Origin: Gammaproteobacteria bacterium
GTDB taxonomy: Bacteria > Pseudomonadota > Gammaproteobacteria > UBA4575
DNA length: 64,000 bases
Assembly (NCBI GenBank): GCA_022824965.1
Contig: JAJDYY010000008.1
Location: 284-64,283 of the forward strand
Reading direction: 5' to 3'
This document shows, in pieces, positions 40,970 through 51,796 of this stretch. The notes beneath the pieces are model-generated. The model did no database searches and was not told the origin of the DNA. It saw nothing but the letters and a program-made list of their open reading frames with translations. A program made the position numbers and the translations under genes. The first letter of the stretch is position 1. Each line of letters starts with the position of its first letter.

Positions 40970-41659
40970 TCAGCCGTACCGCGTCGGGTCGTCAAACCCC
41001 GCTTCGACAAACCCCTGTTTCCGAAACCGGCACGCATCGCATTCCCCGCAGGCCCGTCCCTGTGCATCGGCCGAATAACAGGAAACCGTCAGGGAATAAT
41101 CCACGCCCAGCCCATGGCCAAGGCGGATGATTTCAGACTTCGACAAGGATACCAGCGGGGCATGGATGTTCAGTTCATGCCCTTCCACGGCATCTTTGGT
41201 CGCCAGGTTCGCCATGCTCTGGTAGGCCTCGACATATTCCGGCCTGCAGTCGGGATAGCCGGAATAATCCACGGCATTGACCCCGATGAAGATGTCCCGG
41301 GCATGGATGACCTCGGCCCAGGCCAGGGCAACGGAGAGAAACACCGTGTTTCGTGCAGGCACGTAGGTCGCAGGTATGCCCTCGCCAGGCTGGCCGGGAA
41401 CCGGGACTGCAGGATCGGTCAGTGCAGAGCCACCGAACATGGAGAGATCGATCTCGAAGGTCCTGTGCTCGGTGACGTTGAGCTGTCGTGCAATTCGTTT
41501 TGCGGCTTCCACTTCCGCGCTGTGGCGCTGCCCGTAACGGACGCTCAAGGCGTAACAGTCATATCCCCGGGACTGTGCCAAGGCAAGCGTGGTCGTGGAG
41601 TCGAGTCCTCCCGAGAAAAGGACGATGGCTTTACGGTTTGGTTGCAATGAATCTTGCAA
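40970..41659 (-). CDS. queC: 7-cyano-7-deazaguanine synthase
   Basis: [15 protein letters not shown]-loop and C-terminal Cys cluster CGECDAC. Confidence 0.93.
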   Translation of the reverse strand: MQDSLQPNRKAIVLFSGGLDSTTTLALAQSRGYDCYALSVRYGQRHSAEVEAAKRIARQLNVTEHRTFEIDLSMFGGSALTDPAVPVPGQPGEGIPATYVPARNTVFLSVALAWAEVIHARDIFIGVNAVDYSGYPDCRPEYVEAYQSMANLATKDAVEGHELNIHAPLVSLSKSEIIRLGHGLGVDYSLTVSCYSADAQGRACGECDACRFRKQGFVEAGFDDPTRYG

Positions 41660-41665
41660 AGCCCG

Positions 41666-42406
41666 TCAATGACCCCGTTCTTCTCCCCAAAGCAGCTTGT
41701 GCAGCTGCAACTGGAAGCGTACCGGCAGGCGGTCTTCCAGGATCCATTCTGCGAGCTGGCGAAACTCGAGATCTCCGTATGCAGGAGAAAACAGAACCTC
41801 GCAGCGATGCTCCAGCTCGTGCTCCAGCAGGACTGATCTGGCCCATTCGTAGTCCTTGCGATCGCAAAGCACGAACTTGACCTGGTCCTGCTTGCGCAGG
41901 TACGGGATGTTTTCCCAGCGGTTTTTCCCGGATTCGCCCGATGCCGGCGTCTTGAGATCCATGACCTTGGTTACCCTCGGGTCGACCTGGCTGACATCCA
42001 GTGCCCCACTGGTCTCCAGCGAGACAACGTAATCCTGCTCGCAAAGGTTTCTCAACAGCTCCAGGCAGTTTTTTTGCGCAAGGGGCTCGCCTCCGGTGAC
42101 CGTGACGTGCCTGAAGCCAAGGTCTGCAACCCGGGCCTCGATCTGGTCCAGGCTCATCCACCGGCCTTCGGTGAATGCATAGGCCGTGTCGCAATACTGG
42201 CAACGGAGCGGGCAGCCGGTGAGCCGCACGAAGGTGGTCGGGATGCCCGTGCTGGTCGACTCGCCCTGGATCGAGTAGAAAATTTCGTTAACGCGCAGTC
42301 TCAGTGGCTGGGGCCCTGCACGCAGTGGCGTTACAGACTCCGCCACCGGGTCAGTTGCCCTCTCGCGACATTCTCTCGAGGCGCTTTTGCGCCAGGCTTG
42401 CGACAC
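41666..42406 (-). CDS. queE: 7-carboxy-7-deazaguanine synthase (radical SAM)
   Basis: CPLRCQYCDT radical-SAM motif and NEIFYSIQGE N-terminal region. The ATG at 42406 overlaps cpoB by ~56 nt and no in-frame ATG/GTG/TTG lies downstream, so the start is uncertain. Confidence 0.85.
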   Translation of the reverse strand: MSQAWRKSASRECRERATDPVAESVTPLRAGPQPLRLRVNEIFYSIQGESTSTGIPTTFVRLTGCPLRCQYCDTAYAFTEGRWMSLDQIEARVADLGFRHVTVTGGEPLAQKNCLELLRNLCEQDYVVSLETSGALDVSQVDPRVTKVMDLKTPASGESGKNRWENIPYLRKQDQVKFVLCDRKDYEWARSVLLEHELEHRCEVLFSPAYGDLEFRQLAEWILEDRLPVRFQLQLHKLLWGEERGH

Positions 42407-43202
42407 TTGAGTTCGGGAACTGTGCGCGCAGGCGGGTCAGTTCGGCTCGCGCCTCCTCGAACTGGCCCAGTTCGTAGTGGGTAAACGCCAGTTTCAGGCG
42501 TGCATCGGCCAGCTTCGAACTCGCCGGATATTTGCTGACGACCACGGAAAATTCGACCAGGGCCTGCGGGTATCTTCGGGTAACGTAGTTGGCCTCGGCC
42601 AGCCAGTACTGTGCATTGGCTGCAAACTTGCTGTCCGGGTGCTTGCGCAGGAAAGATTCGAAAGCGGCGATGGAATCATCGTACTTCCCGCTCTTGAGCA
42701 GGGTGAAGGCATTTTTGTAATCCTCGGCCACCTCGCTTGCCGTCTCGGCAGAAACCACCTGTCCGGAGAGTGGCTCAGCCGCAGGCTCGGTCGGAATGGC
42801 GACCAGCGAGGCCTCGGTCCCGGGGGCTCCCGGGATGGCACTATCGCCAAGCTGCCCGGGCACGGCTCCATCCGGGCTTGCTGCAACCCCGGCAGTGCCT
42901 GTCGGGGCGGGTCCGGATTGCAGGCGGCGCTCAAGGGCCAGGTACTGCTCACGCTGCAGGGTCTTGATACTGTTCAGTTCGTATAGCAGCCTCTCGTTCT
43001 CGCCGCGCAGTTCCCGGACTTCACGCTGCAAGGTGGCAACACGCTGGGCCATGTCCAGCAGGGCCTGGTTGTTCAGGGCCTGCTCGATTTTCTGCATCCG
43101 GGCAGAAAGCGCATCGACTTTTGCATCGGTGGCATCCTGGGCTGGCGCTGTGGCGGCTGCTGAAAACAGCAGGCTCGCCATCAAAATTCTGACTGTACGC
43201 AT
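42351..43202 (-). CDS. cpoB: Tol-Pal system protein CpoB (YbgF)
   Basis: Signal peptide, coiled-coil region, C-terminal TPR; lies downstream of pal. Confidence 0.85.
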   Translation of the reverse strand: MRTVRILMASLLFSAAATAPAQDATDAKVDALSARMQKIEQALNNQALLDMAQRVATLQREVRELRGENERLLYELNSIKTLQREQYLALERRLQSGPAPTGTAGVAASPDGAVPGQLGDSAIPGAPGTEASLVAIPTEPAAEPLSGQVVSAETASEVAEDYKNAFTLLKSGKYDDSIAAFESFLRKHPDSKFAANAQYWLAEANYVTRRYPQALVEFSVVVSKYPASSKLADARLKLAFTHYELGQFEEARAELTRLRAQFPNSSVASLAQKRLERMSREGN

Positions 43203-43233
43203 CTTTGTATCCGGTTACGGGCTGCGCCCTTTC

Positions 43234-43800
43234 CTAGTAAACCAGTTCGACCCTTCGGTTGAGTTCCCAGGAGGCCTCTCCACTGCCTGGCATGGCGGGC
43301 TTCTCCTCGCCATAGCTGATGACATCCAACTGGCCTTCTCCCACGCCCTGCAGCAGCACCAGGTTGCGCACTTCCTGTGCGCGGCGTTCCCCGAGTGCGA
43401 GGTTGTACTCCCGGGTGCCGCGTTCATCCGCGTGCCCTTCCAGGCGGGCCTGCTTGCCCGGATTGTCCTCCAGGGATTTGGCCATGCGGATGATCAGAGG
43501 CAGAAACTCATCGCGGATTTCGCTGCTGTTGTAATCGAAATAGATGGTGTTGTCCCGGTAGGCCGGTCCCGTAACGACCTCGGTACTCCCTCCTTCATCC
43601 AGGATGTCGATGGACAAATCGCCTTCGGTGCCCAGGCCCGTGGCATCCGGGCCACCCTGTCCTGCCGCACCGGTGGCGCTGCCTGCCTGACCCGTGCCGT
43701 CGGCACTCTCAAGCAATTGTTGCGTGGGGCCCGTCGCACAGGCTCCAAGCGTCACAAGTACACCCGCCATAAGTACATTCAGCAGTCGTTGCTTTACCAT
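43234..43800 (-). CDS. pal: Peptidoglycan-associated lipoprotein Pal
   Basis: Lipobox LGAC; OmpA-like domain (NLALGERRAQEV...NRRVEL). Confidence 0.93.
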   Translation of the reverse strand: MVKQRLLNVLMAGVLVTLGACATGPTQQLLESADGTGQAGSATGAAGQGGPDATGLGTEGDLSIDILDEGGSTEVVTGPAYRDNTIYFDYNSSEIRDEFLPLIIRMAKSLEDNPGKQARLEGHADERGTREYNLALGERRAQEVRNLVLLQGVGEGQLDVISYGEEKPAMPGSGEASWELNRRVELVY

Positions 43801-43830
43801 GATTGCGTATTCCTCTGTATAACCTTGCTG

Positions 43831-45126
43831 TCAATTGCGAAAGGGCGACCAGGTCGGTGCACGTACGTCGCCACCGATCATGCGCAGTTTTTGTTGAGCC
43901 CTGCCATTCGCACTCACTGCAGCCAGTACCCCGCGATCCCGCTCCGAGGCTGCATAGATGATCATCTTCCCGTTCGGGGCATAGCTGGGTCCTTCATCCA
44001 GGTGCCCCTCGGTAAGGATGCGCATGGCTCCGCTGCCGAGATCCATGACTGCGATACGAAAACCAGTGCCGTTGTTATGCACGAAGGCGAGCTGGCGTCC
44101 GTCCGGTGAGACATCGGGGGCTGCGTTATATGCACCTTCATACGTCACACGCCGGGGCTTGCCGCCGCGAACGGACACCCGGTACACCTGGGTCTCATTG
44201 CTGCGATCCGAAGTGAATAATAACGCTTTACTGTCAGGCATCCAACAAGCTTCCGTGTCTATGCTCGAATCCCGGGTCAGGCGCCTGAGCCGCCGGGTTC
44301 GGGTATCCATGAGATAGATATCCGCACTGCCGTCAATGGACAGCGTGAGCGCGAGGTAGCGGCCGTCGGGTGACCAGGCCGGCGCGCTGTTGATGCCGGA
44401 CTGTGCAGAAACCATGAAACGTCTGCCCTCTTTCACGTCCTGGACATAGATTGCCGAATTTCCCTTTTCGAACGATACGTAGGCCAGGCGTGTGCCATCG
44501 GGTGACCAGGCCGGCGACATCAGTTGCTGGCTGGACGAAAATATCGTCCTGGCGTTATGCCCGTCGGCATCCGCGATCTGCAGCTCGTATTTCCTGTTCG
44601 GGGCAGTCCCGCGGGTGCTGACGTAGGCAATCTGCGTGCTGAACGCACCTCGGGTCCCGGTCAGGCTCTCAAAAACGATGTCGCTGATCTTGTGCCCGGC
44701 CTTGCGCATATCCTCGCGGCGCACCGAAGAGATGGCGTGACCCGACAGCCTTTTCTGTCGTACCAGGTCGAACAGGCGGAACTCGATCCGGTACTGGTTT
44801 TCACCGATCTGGATCACCTCGCCGGTCAGCAGGCTTTCGACTCCAGCTTCGCGCCAGAGCGGATAGTGCAGCTGCGAGGTCGCGTCGATCTTCTGCGGGA
44901 AGTGCTGATTCTCAAGCACGTCGAAAATCCCGCTGCGGCGCAAATCGCTGCGCACGATATCCTCGATCGCTTCCGGGGCCGTGTAGCTATCCCCGGTAAA
45001 TGCCGCGATGGCGACCGGCAGTGCGCTCTCGACACCTTCCGTGATCTCGATCTCCAGGACCGCGACGCTGTTTTGCCCCAGCAAGCACATCGCGAGCAGC
45101 GCAAAGATTTTCGAAATACCTCTCAC
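43831..45126 (-). CDS. tolB: Tol-Pal system beta-propeller protein TolB
   Basis: Signal peptide, N-terminal TolB domain, repeated WD-like beta-propeller motifs (PAWSPDG). Confidence 0.95.
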   Translation of the reverse strand: MRGISKIFALLAMCLLGQNSVAVLEIEITEGVESALPVAIAAFTGDSYTAPEAIEDIVRSDLRRSGIFDVLENQHFPQKIDATSQLHYPLWREAGVESLLTGEVIQIGENQYRIEFRLFDLVRQKRLSGHAISSVRREDMRKAGHKISDIVFESLTGTRGAFSTQIAYVSTRGTAPNRKYELQIADADGHNARTIFSSSQQLMSPAWSPDGTRLAYVSFEKGNSAIYVQDVKEGRRFMVSAQSGINSAPAWSPDGRYLALTLSIDGSADIYLMDTRTRRLRRLTRDSSIDTEACWMPDSKALLFTSDRSNETQVYRVSVRGGKPRRVTYEGAYNAAPDVSPDGRQLAFVHNNGTGFRIAVMDLGSGAMRILTEGHLDEGPSYAPNGKMIIYAASERDRGVLAAVSANGRAQQKLRMIGGDVRAPTWSPFRN

Positions 45127-45965
45127 TATGCCCTCGGATCAAACGTGAACCGCAACTCCTGGTGGAACAACTCCGGCGACGGGGGCTGGGGCAAGGGGGC
45201 CGCCTTCCAGACCGCATTTTCCACGGACTTGCGAAAGGCGTCGCTGCCGATGCATTCCTCGACCACTACATTCTTGATTGCACCCCCCGCATCCTGCTGA
45301 ACGAACACCCGGCACCAGGCATTGGACTGGTAGTCCATCGGCCTGCGCCAGTTGCGCTCGATTTTATTGCGGATGGCATCCTGGTATTGCGCGATCAGGC
45401 GTCTCATCTTACGGGCCTTTTGCGCACGGCGCGCATCCAGCTCGGCAGCCCGCATTTCTGCCTCTTCCTTCTCCAGTCGGGCCAGGCGCTGCTTGTCGAT
45501 CGCGGCTTTTTCCTGCTGGCGGCGCTTCTCCTCGGCCAGCTTTCTGGCCTCCGCTTCCTTTTTCGCCTGTGCAGCTTTGCGGGCTTTCTCGGCGCGCTTC
45601 TTTTTCTCCAATGCTGCACGCTTTTTGGCCTTCTCGGCTTCCAGCTTGGCCCGTCGCGCCTTCTCGGCCTCGCGTTTTGCGCGCGCACGCTTCTCTTCCT
45701 CTAGCTGCTTGCGGCGTTTCTCCTCGGCGAGGCGTTGCTTGCGTTTCTGTTCCTGTCGCTGCAACTCCTCTTGCCTGCGGCGCTTGATCTCATCGAGCTC
45801 CTCGGCATCGACCACCTTGGCCTTGACGGTGTTGATGACGACATTGGGCACCGGCAGGATCTTGTGGCTGGCCTGGTAGCCGACGACAAGCAGGCCCAGG
45901 GCCGCGACATGGATCGCGACTGCAATCCCCAGGGAAAGCGGCAAATGGCGATCGGTTTTTTTCAC
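45126..45965 (-). CDS. tolA: Tol-Pal system protein TolA
   Basis: N-terminal TM, long Lys/Ala/Glu/Arg-rich helical domain, C-terminal TolA domain. Confidence 0.88.
   Translation of the reverse strand: MKKTDRHLPLSLGIAVAIHVAALGLLVVGYQASHKILPVPNVVINTVKAKVVDAEELDEIKRRRQEELQRQEQKRKQRLAEEKRRKQLEEEKRARAKREAEKARRAKLEAEKAKKRAALEKKKRAEKARKAAQAKKEAEARKLAEEKRRQQEKAAIDKQRLARLEKEEAEMRAAELDARRAQKARKMRRLIAQYQDAIRNKIERNWRRPMDYQSNAWCRVFVQQDAGGAIKNVVVEECIGSDAFRKSVENAVWKAAPLPQPPSPELFHQELRFTFDPRA
45390..45790 (-). repeat. Low-complexity K/A/E/R-rich coding repeat within tolA
   Basis: Repetitive EEKRRKQ/AKREAEKA units. These generate several spurious overlapping ORFs on both strands in the six-frame track. Confidence 0.8.
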
Positions 45966-45971
45966 AGCCCG

Positions 45972-46385
45972 TCAGCGTTCGGTCTTCTCTGCAGCAGGGT
46001 CCGTGATCAGCCCGACATTTTCCGCCCCTGCATCCTGCAGCATCACCATGACGGAGACCACCCGTCCGTAATCAACATCTTTGTCCCCCCGCACGTAGAC
46101 CAGGTCATCCTGCTTATCAGACAACAGTTCTTTGATCTGGTTTCGAAAGGAGTCGTCGGCCACTGGCCGCTTGGGCGAGTCCGAGCGGTTGACGAATATC
46201 TGCCCAAAGCGATCCACCGACACGATCAGGGGATTCTGGTTCTTCTCGATTTTTTCAAGCTGCTTCGCCGGTGCCTTGGGGAGCTCGACCTCGACGCCTT
46301 CGTGGAACAGGGGCGCGGTGATCATGAAGATCACCAGCAGCACCAATGTCACGTCCACGTACGGGACCACATTGATCTCCGCCAT
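45972..46385 (-). CDS. tolR: Tol-Pal system protein TolR
   Basis: MAEINVVPYVDVTLVLLVIFMITAP ExbD/TolR motif. Confidence 0.92.
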   Translation of the reverse strand: MAEINVVPYVDVTLVLLVIFMITAPLFHEGVEVELPKAPAKQLEKIEKNQNPLIVSVDRFGQIFVNRSDSPKRPVADDSFRNQIKELLSDKQDDLVYVRGDKDVDYGRVVSVMVMLQDAGAENVGLITDPAAEKTER

Positions 46386-46434
46386 GTATTTGCGCCGTCG
46401 GGGTCCTGTGGAAGCCATGATCGTTCAGTCCGCC

Positions 46435-47124
46435 TCAGGATTTCTCCATGTCCTTGGTAATGGCCTGGCGGTGCAGCAGTGCTGTGAACTCCTCGACGAA
46501 GTTGTCGTAGCGAAGCACCAGGCGCTCCACGTCGCTGGAGTAGCGGTTGTAGGCAATCACTGCGGGAATCGCGGCGAACAGTCCCATGGCCGTGGCGATC
46601 AGCGCTTCTGCAATCCCGGGGGCCACCGCCGCCAGGGTGGCCTGCTGCACATCGCTTAAGGCGCGAAATGCGTTCATGATGCCCCACACCGTCCCGAACA
46701 GGCCGACGTACGGGGCCGTGGAGCCGACGGTGGCCAGAAAGGACAGGTAGTGCTCCAGTTCCTCGACCTCGCGCGACATGGCCACCTTCATGGACCGCAG
46801 GGCGGTATCGGTGATGGCAATCGCGGACACCTTCTGGGTCCTGTGCAGGCGCACGTACTCCCTGAAACCGGAAGCGAAGATATGCTCCATGCCCGCCGGG
46901 TCGCCTTTCTGCTTGACGTTTTCGTACAGGGTCGCGAGGTTCGAACCGGACCAGAACTGATCCTCGAACAGGTCCGCCTGGCTGCGTGCGTCCTTGATCG
47001 TTTTCCACTTGCTGACGATCATGGTCCAGGAAACCACGGAAGCGACCAGCAGCAAAAGCATGACCAGCTGCACCAGGATGTTCGCTTCAAGGATCAAGGC
47101 CAGGATACTGGTATCAACACGCAC
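46435..47124 (-). CDS. tolQ: Tol-Pal system protein TolQ
   Basis: MotA/TolQ/ExbB family with three TM helices and PYVGLFGTVWGI. Confidence 0.94.
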   Translation of the reverse strand: MRVDTSILALILEANILVQLVMLLLLVASVVSWTMIVSKWKTIKDARSQADLFEDQFWSGSNLATLYENVKQKGDPAGMEHIFASGFREYVRLHRTQKVSAIAITDTALRSMKVAMSREVEELEHYLSFLATVGSTAPYVGLFGTVWGIMNAFRALSDVQQATLAAVAPGIAEALIATAMGLFAAIPAVIAYNRYSSDVERLVLRYDNFVEEFTALLHRQAITKDMEKS

Positions 47125-47527
47125 TTCTGAGCTCCTTAAACAAGTCCTTGGGGATGGGTTGCGGTGAAAAGCTGTCCGCCTTCAGGCACACGACGTTGAC
47201 ATCGGCACTGGCAAACAGGTGCTGGTCGTCCTGCAGGTCGGTGATGGCCTGGCGGATCGAAAGGCTGGCCGGCTTGATGGCCACCGGCTCGACGCTTACG
47301 CTCAGCGAATCATTGAACCGGATCGGCCGCTTGTACTCGATCCGTACCGAGCGCACCGCAAACAACACGTTCTCGTCCTGCATCAGCCTGTCCTGCTCGA
47401 TTCCCAGTACACGCAACCACTCGGTTCGCGCACGTTCCATGAATTTGAGGTAGTTGGCATAGTACACCACACCCCCTGCATCCGTATCCTCATAGTAAAC
47501 CTGAACTTGCCAGTGGTAGGGCTTCAT
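47114..47527 (-). CDS. ybgC: Tol-Pal-associated acyl-CoA thioesterase YbgC
   Basis: Hotdog-fold 4HBT thioesterase (YYEDTDAGGVVYYANYLKFMERAR). Confidence 0.9.
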   Translation of the reverse strand: MKPYHWQVQVYYEDTDAGGVVYYANYLKFMERARTEWLRVLGIEQDRLMQDENVLFAVRSVRIEYKRPIRFNDSLSVSVEPVAIKPASLSIRQAITDLQDDQHLFASADVNVVCLKADSFSPQPIPKDLFKELRSAC

Positions 47528-47570
47528 GTGTCAGCGACTGGATTCAGCTCTTGACCGGGCGGGAGCGAGG

Positions 47571-48626
47571 TCACTTTGGCGCTTTCGAGAACAGGTCCGG
47601 CGGCGCACCGGAGCTGCTCTCGGGATGCTTGAGGCCGAAATGCCGGTAGGCGTTTTCGGTGGCGATCCGCCCGCGCGGGGTGCGCATGATGAACCCCTGA
47701 AGGATCAGGTACGGCTCGATGACGTCCTCGATCGTGCCGCGCTCCTCGCCGATGGCCGTCGCCAGGCTGTCGATGCCGACCGGGCCGCCGCCGAATTTCT
47801 CGATGATGGCCTGCAGCAACCGCCGGTCCATGTGGTCGAAGCCGTGCGCATCCACGCTCAGCATGTCCAGCGCCGCATTGGCGTTCTCGCGGTTGATCAC
47901 CCCGTCGGACTTGACCTGCACGTAATCGCGCACCCGTCTCAGCAGGCGGTTGGCGATCCTGGGGGTGCCGCGCGAACGGCTCGCGATCTGCTCGGCGCCC
48001 TCGGCATCGATCTCGACCTTGAGGATGTCTGCTGAACGACGGACGATGACGGCCAGCTCCTGCATGCTGTAGAACTCCAGGCGCTGCACGATGCCGAAAC
48101 GATCGCGCAGGGGCGAGGTCAGCAGACCCGCCCGGGTGGTCGCCCCGACCAGCGTGAACGGCGGCAGGTCCAGCTTGATGGACCGGGCCGCAGGACCCTC
48201 GCCGATCATGATGTTCAGCTGGAAGTCCTCGAGTGCCGGATACAGCACCTCTTCGGTGACCGGGCTCAGGCGATGGATTTCGTCGATGAACAGTACGTCC
48301 TTGGGCTCCAGGTTCGTCAGGATGGCGGCCAGGTCGCCCGGCTTTTCGAGGATCGGCCCGGAGGTGTGGCGCAGGTTGACCTGCATCTCGTTGGCCACGA
48401 TGCGCGACAACGTGGTTTTGCCGAGTCCCGGGGGACCGAAAATCAACACGTGATCGAGCGCCTGCTTGCGCTGCTTGGCCGCGGTAATGAAAATCTCCAT
48501 CTGCTCGCGCACCTGGGCCTGCCCGACGTATTCATTCAGATACTGCGGGCGGATCACACTCTCGATCGCCGCCTCATCCTCCTCCCTGCGGGTGTCCACC
48601 AGCCGGGTTACTTCGGTCTCGCTCAT
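47571..48626 (-). CDS. ruvB: Holliday junction branch migration ATPase RuvB
   Basis: AAA+ motifs GPPGLGKTT and DEIHRL. Confidence 0.97.
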   Translation of the reverse strand: MSETEVTRLVDTRREEDEAAIESVIRPQYLNEYVGQAQVREQMEIFITAAKQRKQALDHVLIFGPPGLGKTTLSRIVANEMQVNLRHTSGPILEKPGDLAAILTNLEPKDVLFIDEIHRLSPVTEEVLYPALEDFQLNIMIGEGPAARSIKLDLPPFTLVGATTRAGLLTSPLRDRFGIVQRLEFYSMQELAVIVRRSADILKVEIDAEGAEQIASRSRGTPRIANRLLRRVRDYVQVKSDGVINRENANAALDMLSVDAHGFDHMDRRLLQAIIEKFGGGPVGIDSLATAIGEERGTIEDVIEPYLILQGFIMRTPRGRIATENAYRHFGLKHPESSSGAPPDLFSKAPK

Positions 48627-48648
48627 GGTATCTGCATCGCTCCAGCCA

Positions 48649-49248
48649 TCAGGACAGGCAGGTCTTGAGGGCCAGGCGGATCAGGTCCTCGCTGTTTTGG
48701 TCTTGCGTATCCAGTTCCCCGACCATGCGCCGGGCATCCTTCAGGCCGTAGCCGAGCGCAACCAGCGCAGAGACGGCATCCTGGACCGGGTTCCCGGTCC
48801 CCTGTACGCCCTGCCTCTCCCCGCCCGAATCGGGCTGCTCGGTGATCTGCTGGAGCCGGTCGCGCATCTCGACCACCAGGCGCTCTGCGGTCCTGCGCCC
48901 CACTCCGGGCAGGCGCATCAGGGCGTCGCTGTCCGCGCGGTGGATACAGTCGGTGAATGCCCGGACATCCATCCCGGAAAGGATGGCCAGGGCAATCTTG
49001 GCGCCGACGCCGTTGACCTTCAGCAGGTCCCTGAACAGTGCACGGTCCTGCAGGTGCTTGAAGGCGTACAGGGTCTGGGCATCTTCGCGCACCAGCAGGT
49101 GGGTGTACAGCACGACGCTTCCTCCCGCATCGGGCAACTCGTAAAATGTCGACATCGGGGCTTCAAGCTCATAGCCCACGCCCTGCACGTCCAGCAGGAG
49201 ATACGGAGGCTGTTTTTCAATGACGTCGCCTCGCAGGCGCCCGATCAT
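48649..49248 (-). CDS. ruvA: Holliday junction DNA helicase RuvA
   Basis: [29 protein letters not shown]-terminus and HhH motifs. Confidence 0.95.
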   Translation of the reverse strand: MIGRLRGDVIEKQPPYLLLDVQGVGYELEAPMSTFYELPDAGGSVVLYTHLLVREDAQTLYAFKHLQDRALFRDLLKVNGVGAKIALAILSGMDVRAFTDCIHRADSDALMRLPGVGRRTAERLVVEMRDRLQQITEQPDSGGERQGVQGTGNPVQDAVSALVALGYGLKDARRMVGELDTQDQNSEDLIRLALKTCLS

Positions 49249-49784
49249 GGGTAACTCCCGGAGTGCGATCCCAGGCCGTTGCCGGCCTGTATGGCTGTGT
49301 GCGCATGGCACAGGGACACGGCCAGGGCATCCGCTTCATCCTCCTGCAACTTGCCGTGCAGGGCGAGCAGGCGCAAGACCATGTGCTGGACCTGTTCCTT
49401 GCTGGCCGCACCGTTCCCTACGACGGCCTGCTTGACATAGCGGGCACTGTATTCGCGTACCGGAACCTGAGACTGCACGGCCGCGCTGATGGCCGCACCG
49501 CGGGCATGACCGAGTTTCAGCGCCGAGGCCATGTTGCGCGAGACGAACACTTCCTCAACGGCCACTTCCACGGGCCGGTACTCGGATATGACCTCGGTCA
49601 ACTCCCTGAATATCTTGCCAAGGCGCGGGGCCATGCCCGTTTCCCCGGCGGAGCCGCGAATGCGAATGTTGCCGCTGTGCACGTAACGGCTGTGGTGCCC
49701 GTCGCTGTCGATCACCCCGAACCCCGTGACATTCAGCCCCGGGTCAATGCCGAGGATCCGCTGCTGTTGCCTTGCTGCTGCCAT
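49245..49784 (-). CDS. ruvC: Crossover junction endodeoxyribonuclease RuvC
   Basis: ILGIDPGLNVTGFGVI RNaseH-like catalytic N-terminus. Start taken at MAAARQQQRIL. Confidence 0.93.
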   Translation of the reverse strand: MAAARQQQRILGIDPGLNVTGFGVIDSDGHHSRYVHSGNIRIRGSAGETGMAPRLGKIFRELTEVISEYRPVEVAVEEVFVSRNMASALKLGHARGAAISAAVQSQVPVREYSARYVKQAVVGNGAASKEQVQHMVLRLLALHGKLQEDEADALAVSLCHAHTAIQAGNGLGSHSGSYP

Positions 49785-49800
49785 ACGGCCCCTGCCCGTG

Positions 49801-50544
49801 TCAGGCCAGCGCCTCGAACACCGCCTCGGGGATGTCGGCATTGGAATACACGTTCTGTACATCGTCGAGGGCATCCAGTGCATTCAGCAGGCGCAGCATG
49901 ACCTCGCCCTCGTGATCGGAAAGCATCACCTCGGAGCTCGCACGCATGGTGACTTCGGCATGTTCAGGTGCCAGGCCCTGATCCTCCAGGGCCTGCTTCG
50001 TGCCCAGGAATCCCTCCACCTCGGTGATCACTTCCAGGCCCCCGTCCTCGGTATCGACCACGTCCTCGGCGCCGGAATCCAGGGCGATTTCCATCACCCG
50101 GTCGGGGTCCACCCCCAGTGAAAACCGGATCACCCCGGCCGCTGAAAAAAGATAGGCGACCGAACCCGATGTGCCGAGGTTGCCGTTGTACTTTGAAAAG
50201 GTGTGGCGAATCTCCGACACCGTGCGGTTGCGGTTATCGGTCATGCAGTCAATCAGGACCGCGGCCCCGCCGGGGCCGTAGCCTTCGTAGCGCACCTCCA
50301 TGTAGGCCTCTCCGTCAAGTTCACCCGCGCCACGTTTGATGGCACGCTCGATGGTGTCCTTGGGCATGTTGGCGGACAGGGCCTTGTCCACGGCGGAGCG
50401 AAGGCGCGCATTGGCGTCGGGATCGCCTCCCTCACGGGCCGCGACTGTGATCTCTCGGATTAATTTGGTGAATAATTTTCCGCGCTTGGCATCTTGAGCT
50501 TTTTTGTGGTGCTGGATATTGGCCCATTTGCTATGACCAGCCAT
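49801..50544 (-). CDS. yebC: YebC/PmpR family DNA-binding transcriptional regulator
   Basis: MAGHSKWANIQHHK conserved N-terminus. Confidence 0.93.
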   Translation of the reverse strand: MAGHSKWANIQHHKKAQDAKRGKLFTKLIREITVAAREGGDPDANARLRSAVDKALSANMPKDTIERAIKRGAGELDGEAYMEVRYEGYGPGGAAVLIDCMTDNRNRTVSEIRHTFSKYNGNLGTSGSVAYLFSAAGVIRFSLGVDPDRVMEIALDSGAEDVVDTEDGGLEVITEVEGFLGTKQALEDQGLAPEHAEVTMRASSEVMLSDHEGEVMLRLLNALDALDDVQNVYSNADIPEAVFEALA

Positions 50545-50592
50545 TGAACCCCCTCTCCTCAATCAGTGGCGTTATCTTAGCACTTCCTGATT

Positions 50593-51216
50593 TCAAGTGA
50601 TATTTCCGGTCCGCAAAAACTCATCGACCATGGCGGCCACCGGCTTGACCAGCAGCATCTCGGTATGGCTGTACGGAACCAGCCTGTGGACGGTGCAGGA
50701 CTTCATCTTGGTTTCGGCCACGGCCACCGCACCGTCGTTGGGCTGGTCCAGCGGCACCCCCAGCATCTGCCGGATCCCCAGGCCCCGGGTCCCCGCCAGC
50801 ACGGCCAGAGGCCGCGTTCCGTTCCAGGCCGGTACGTTTCCGAACAACGAGCTGGAACTTGCCCCCAGCAGTACGTCCCTGAAGAACCGGTTTCTGGACA
50901 TGTAGCGTGCGACACTGCTCCCTTTCAGGGGCGGGCCCAGCATGACCACCCGCCCGGGCCGGGCCGTGTCAAACATCTGGAAGTAATGCAGCAGGACGAT
51001 GCCGCCCAGGCTGTGGGCCACGAAGTGAATGACGTCCGCATCCAGGCGGTCGGTATACGCGCCGAGCAGCTGCGCATTGAGCTGGGGCGAATACCTCAGG
51101 CTCGGGTAGGAAAACCGTTTGCACTCATGCCCGAAGCTGCCCAGGTGACGGGCCATCGGTCGCATCAGCCAGCCCTTCATCCAGAGTCCGTGCAGGCAAA
51201 CGACGATCTCGCGCAT
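50593..51216 (-). CDS. Alpha/beta-fold hydrolase
   Basis: HGLWMKG and nucleophile-elbow AHSLGG motifs. Confidence 0.65.
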   Translation of the reverse strand: MREIVVCLHGLWMKGWLMRPMARHLGSFGHECKRFSYPSLRYSPQLNAQLLGAYTDRLDADVIHFVAHSLGGIVLLHYFQMFDTARPGRVVMLGPPLKGSSVARYMSRNRFFRDVLLGASSSSLFGNVPAWNGTRPLAVLAGTRGLGIRQMLGVPLDQPNDGAVAVAETKMKSCTVHRLVPYSHTEMLLVKPVAAMVDEFLRTGNIT

Positions 51217-51228
51217 GCAGGCTCCGGT

Positions 51229-51657
51229 TTATTCCGGCACCCAGCGCAGGATCGCGGCCTGGTTGGTGTGCGAGGTGGCGAGGTCGGCGGCATGCTGGCG
51301 GGGCAGCCACTGGAACTCCTCATGCTCGTTCGGGTCGAGGCGAATCTCCACCCGGTCGGGAAGCTGCAACCGGTACACATGCTCCTGGTTCATGACCACG
51401 CCCGGCGCATAGCGCTTGCGCCAGATCGAGTAGATCTCGAAGCTCTGCACGCAGTGGCAATCGCAGACCGCCTGGTCGACGAGGCCGGTCTCCTCGCGCA
51501 ACTCGCGCACCGCGGCATCGCCCGGCTGCTCCCCCCACTCCAGGCTGCCGGTCACCGACTGCCAGAAATCACTCGGGTACCTGCGCCGCAGCAGCAGCAC
51601 CTCACCTTGTCGTGTGTACACGACAATCAGGACCGACTCGGGACGTTTATGATCCAT
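51229..51657 (-). CDS. nudB: Nudix hydrolase, dihydroneopterin triphosphate diphosphatase-like
   Basis: Nudix box GSLEWGEQPGDAAVRELREETG; position next to aspS as in E. coli. Start taken at MDHKRPESV. Confidence 0.8.
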   Translation of the reverse strand: MDHKRPESVLIVVYTRQGEVLLLRRRYPSDFWQSVTGSLEWGEQPGDAAVRELREETGLVDQAVCDCHCVQSFEIYSIWRKRYAPGVVMNQEHVYRLQLPDRVEIRLDPNEHEEFQWLPRQHAADLATSHTNQAAILRWVPE

Positions 51658-51796
51658 GCGATGACACCCTAAAGTGCGAACAGGAAGCCACAGACCTCCG
51701 ACCCATTCATTGTAATGCAAATGGGCAAGGGTGTTTGCTTAAAGCGGGTGACTTTCCCTTCCGGCATCACGGGGCATGCCCCGGGGTCCCGGGCGG

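Noticed and set aside
40750-41067. 105 aa minus-strand ORF
   Set aside because: It is the translation of tRNA-Lys and its flanks (…SLAQLVEHRAFNPMVIGSNPI…), a classic tRNA read-through artefact.
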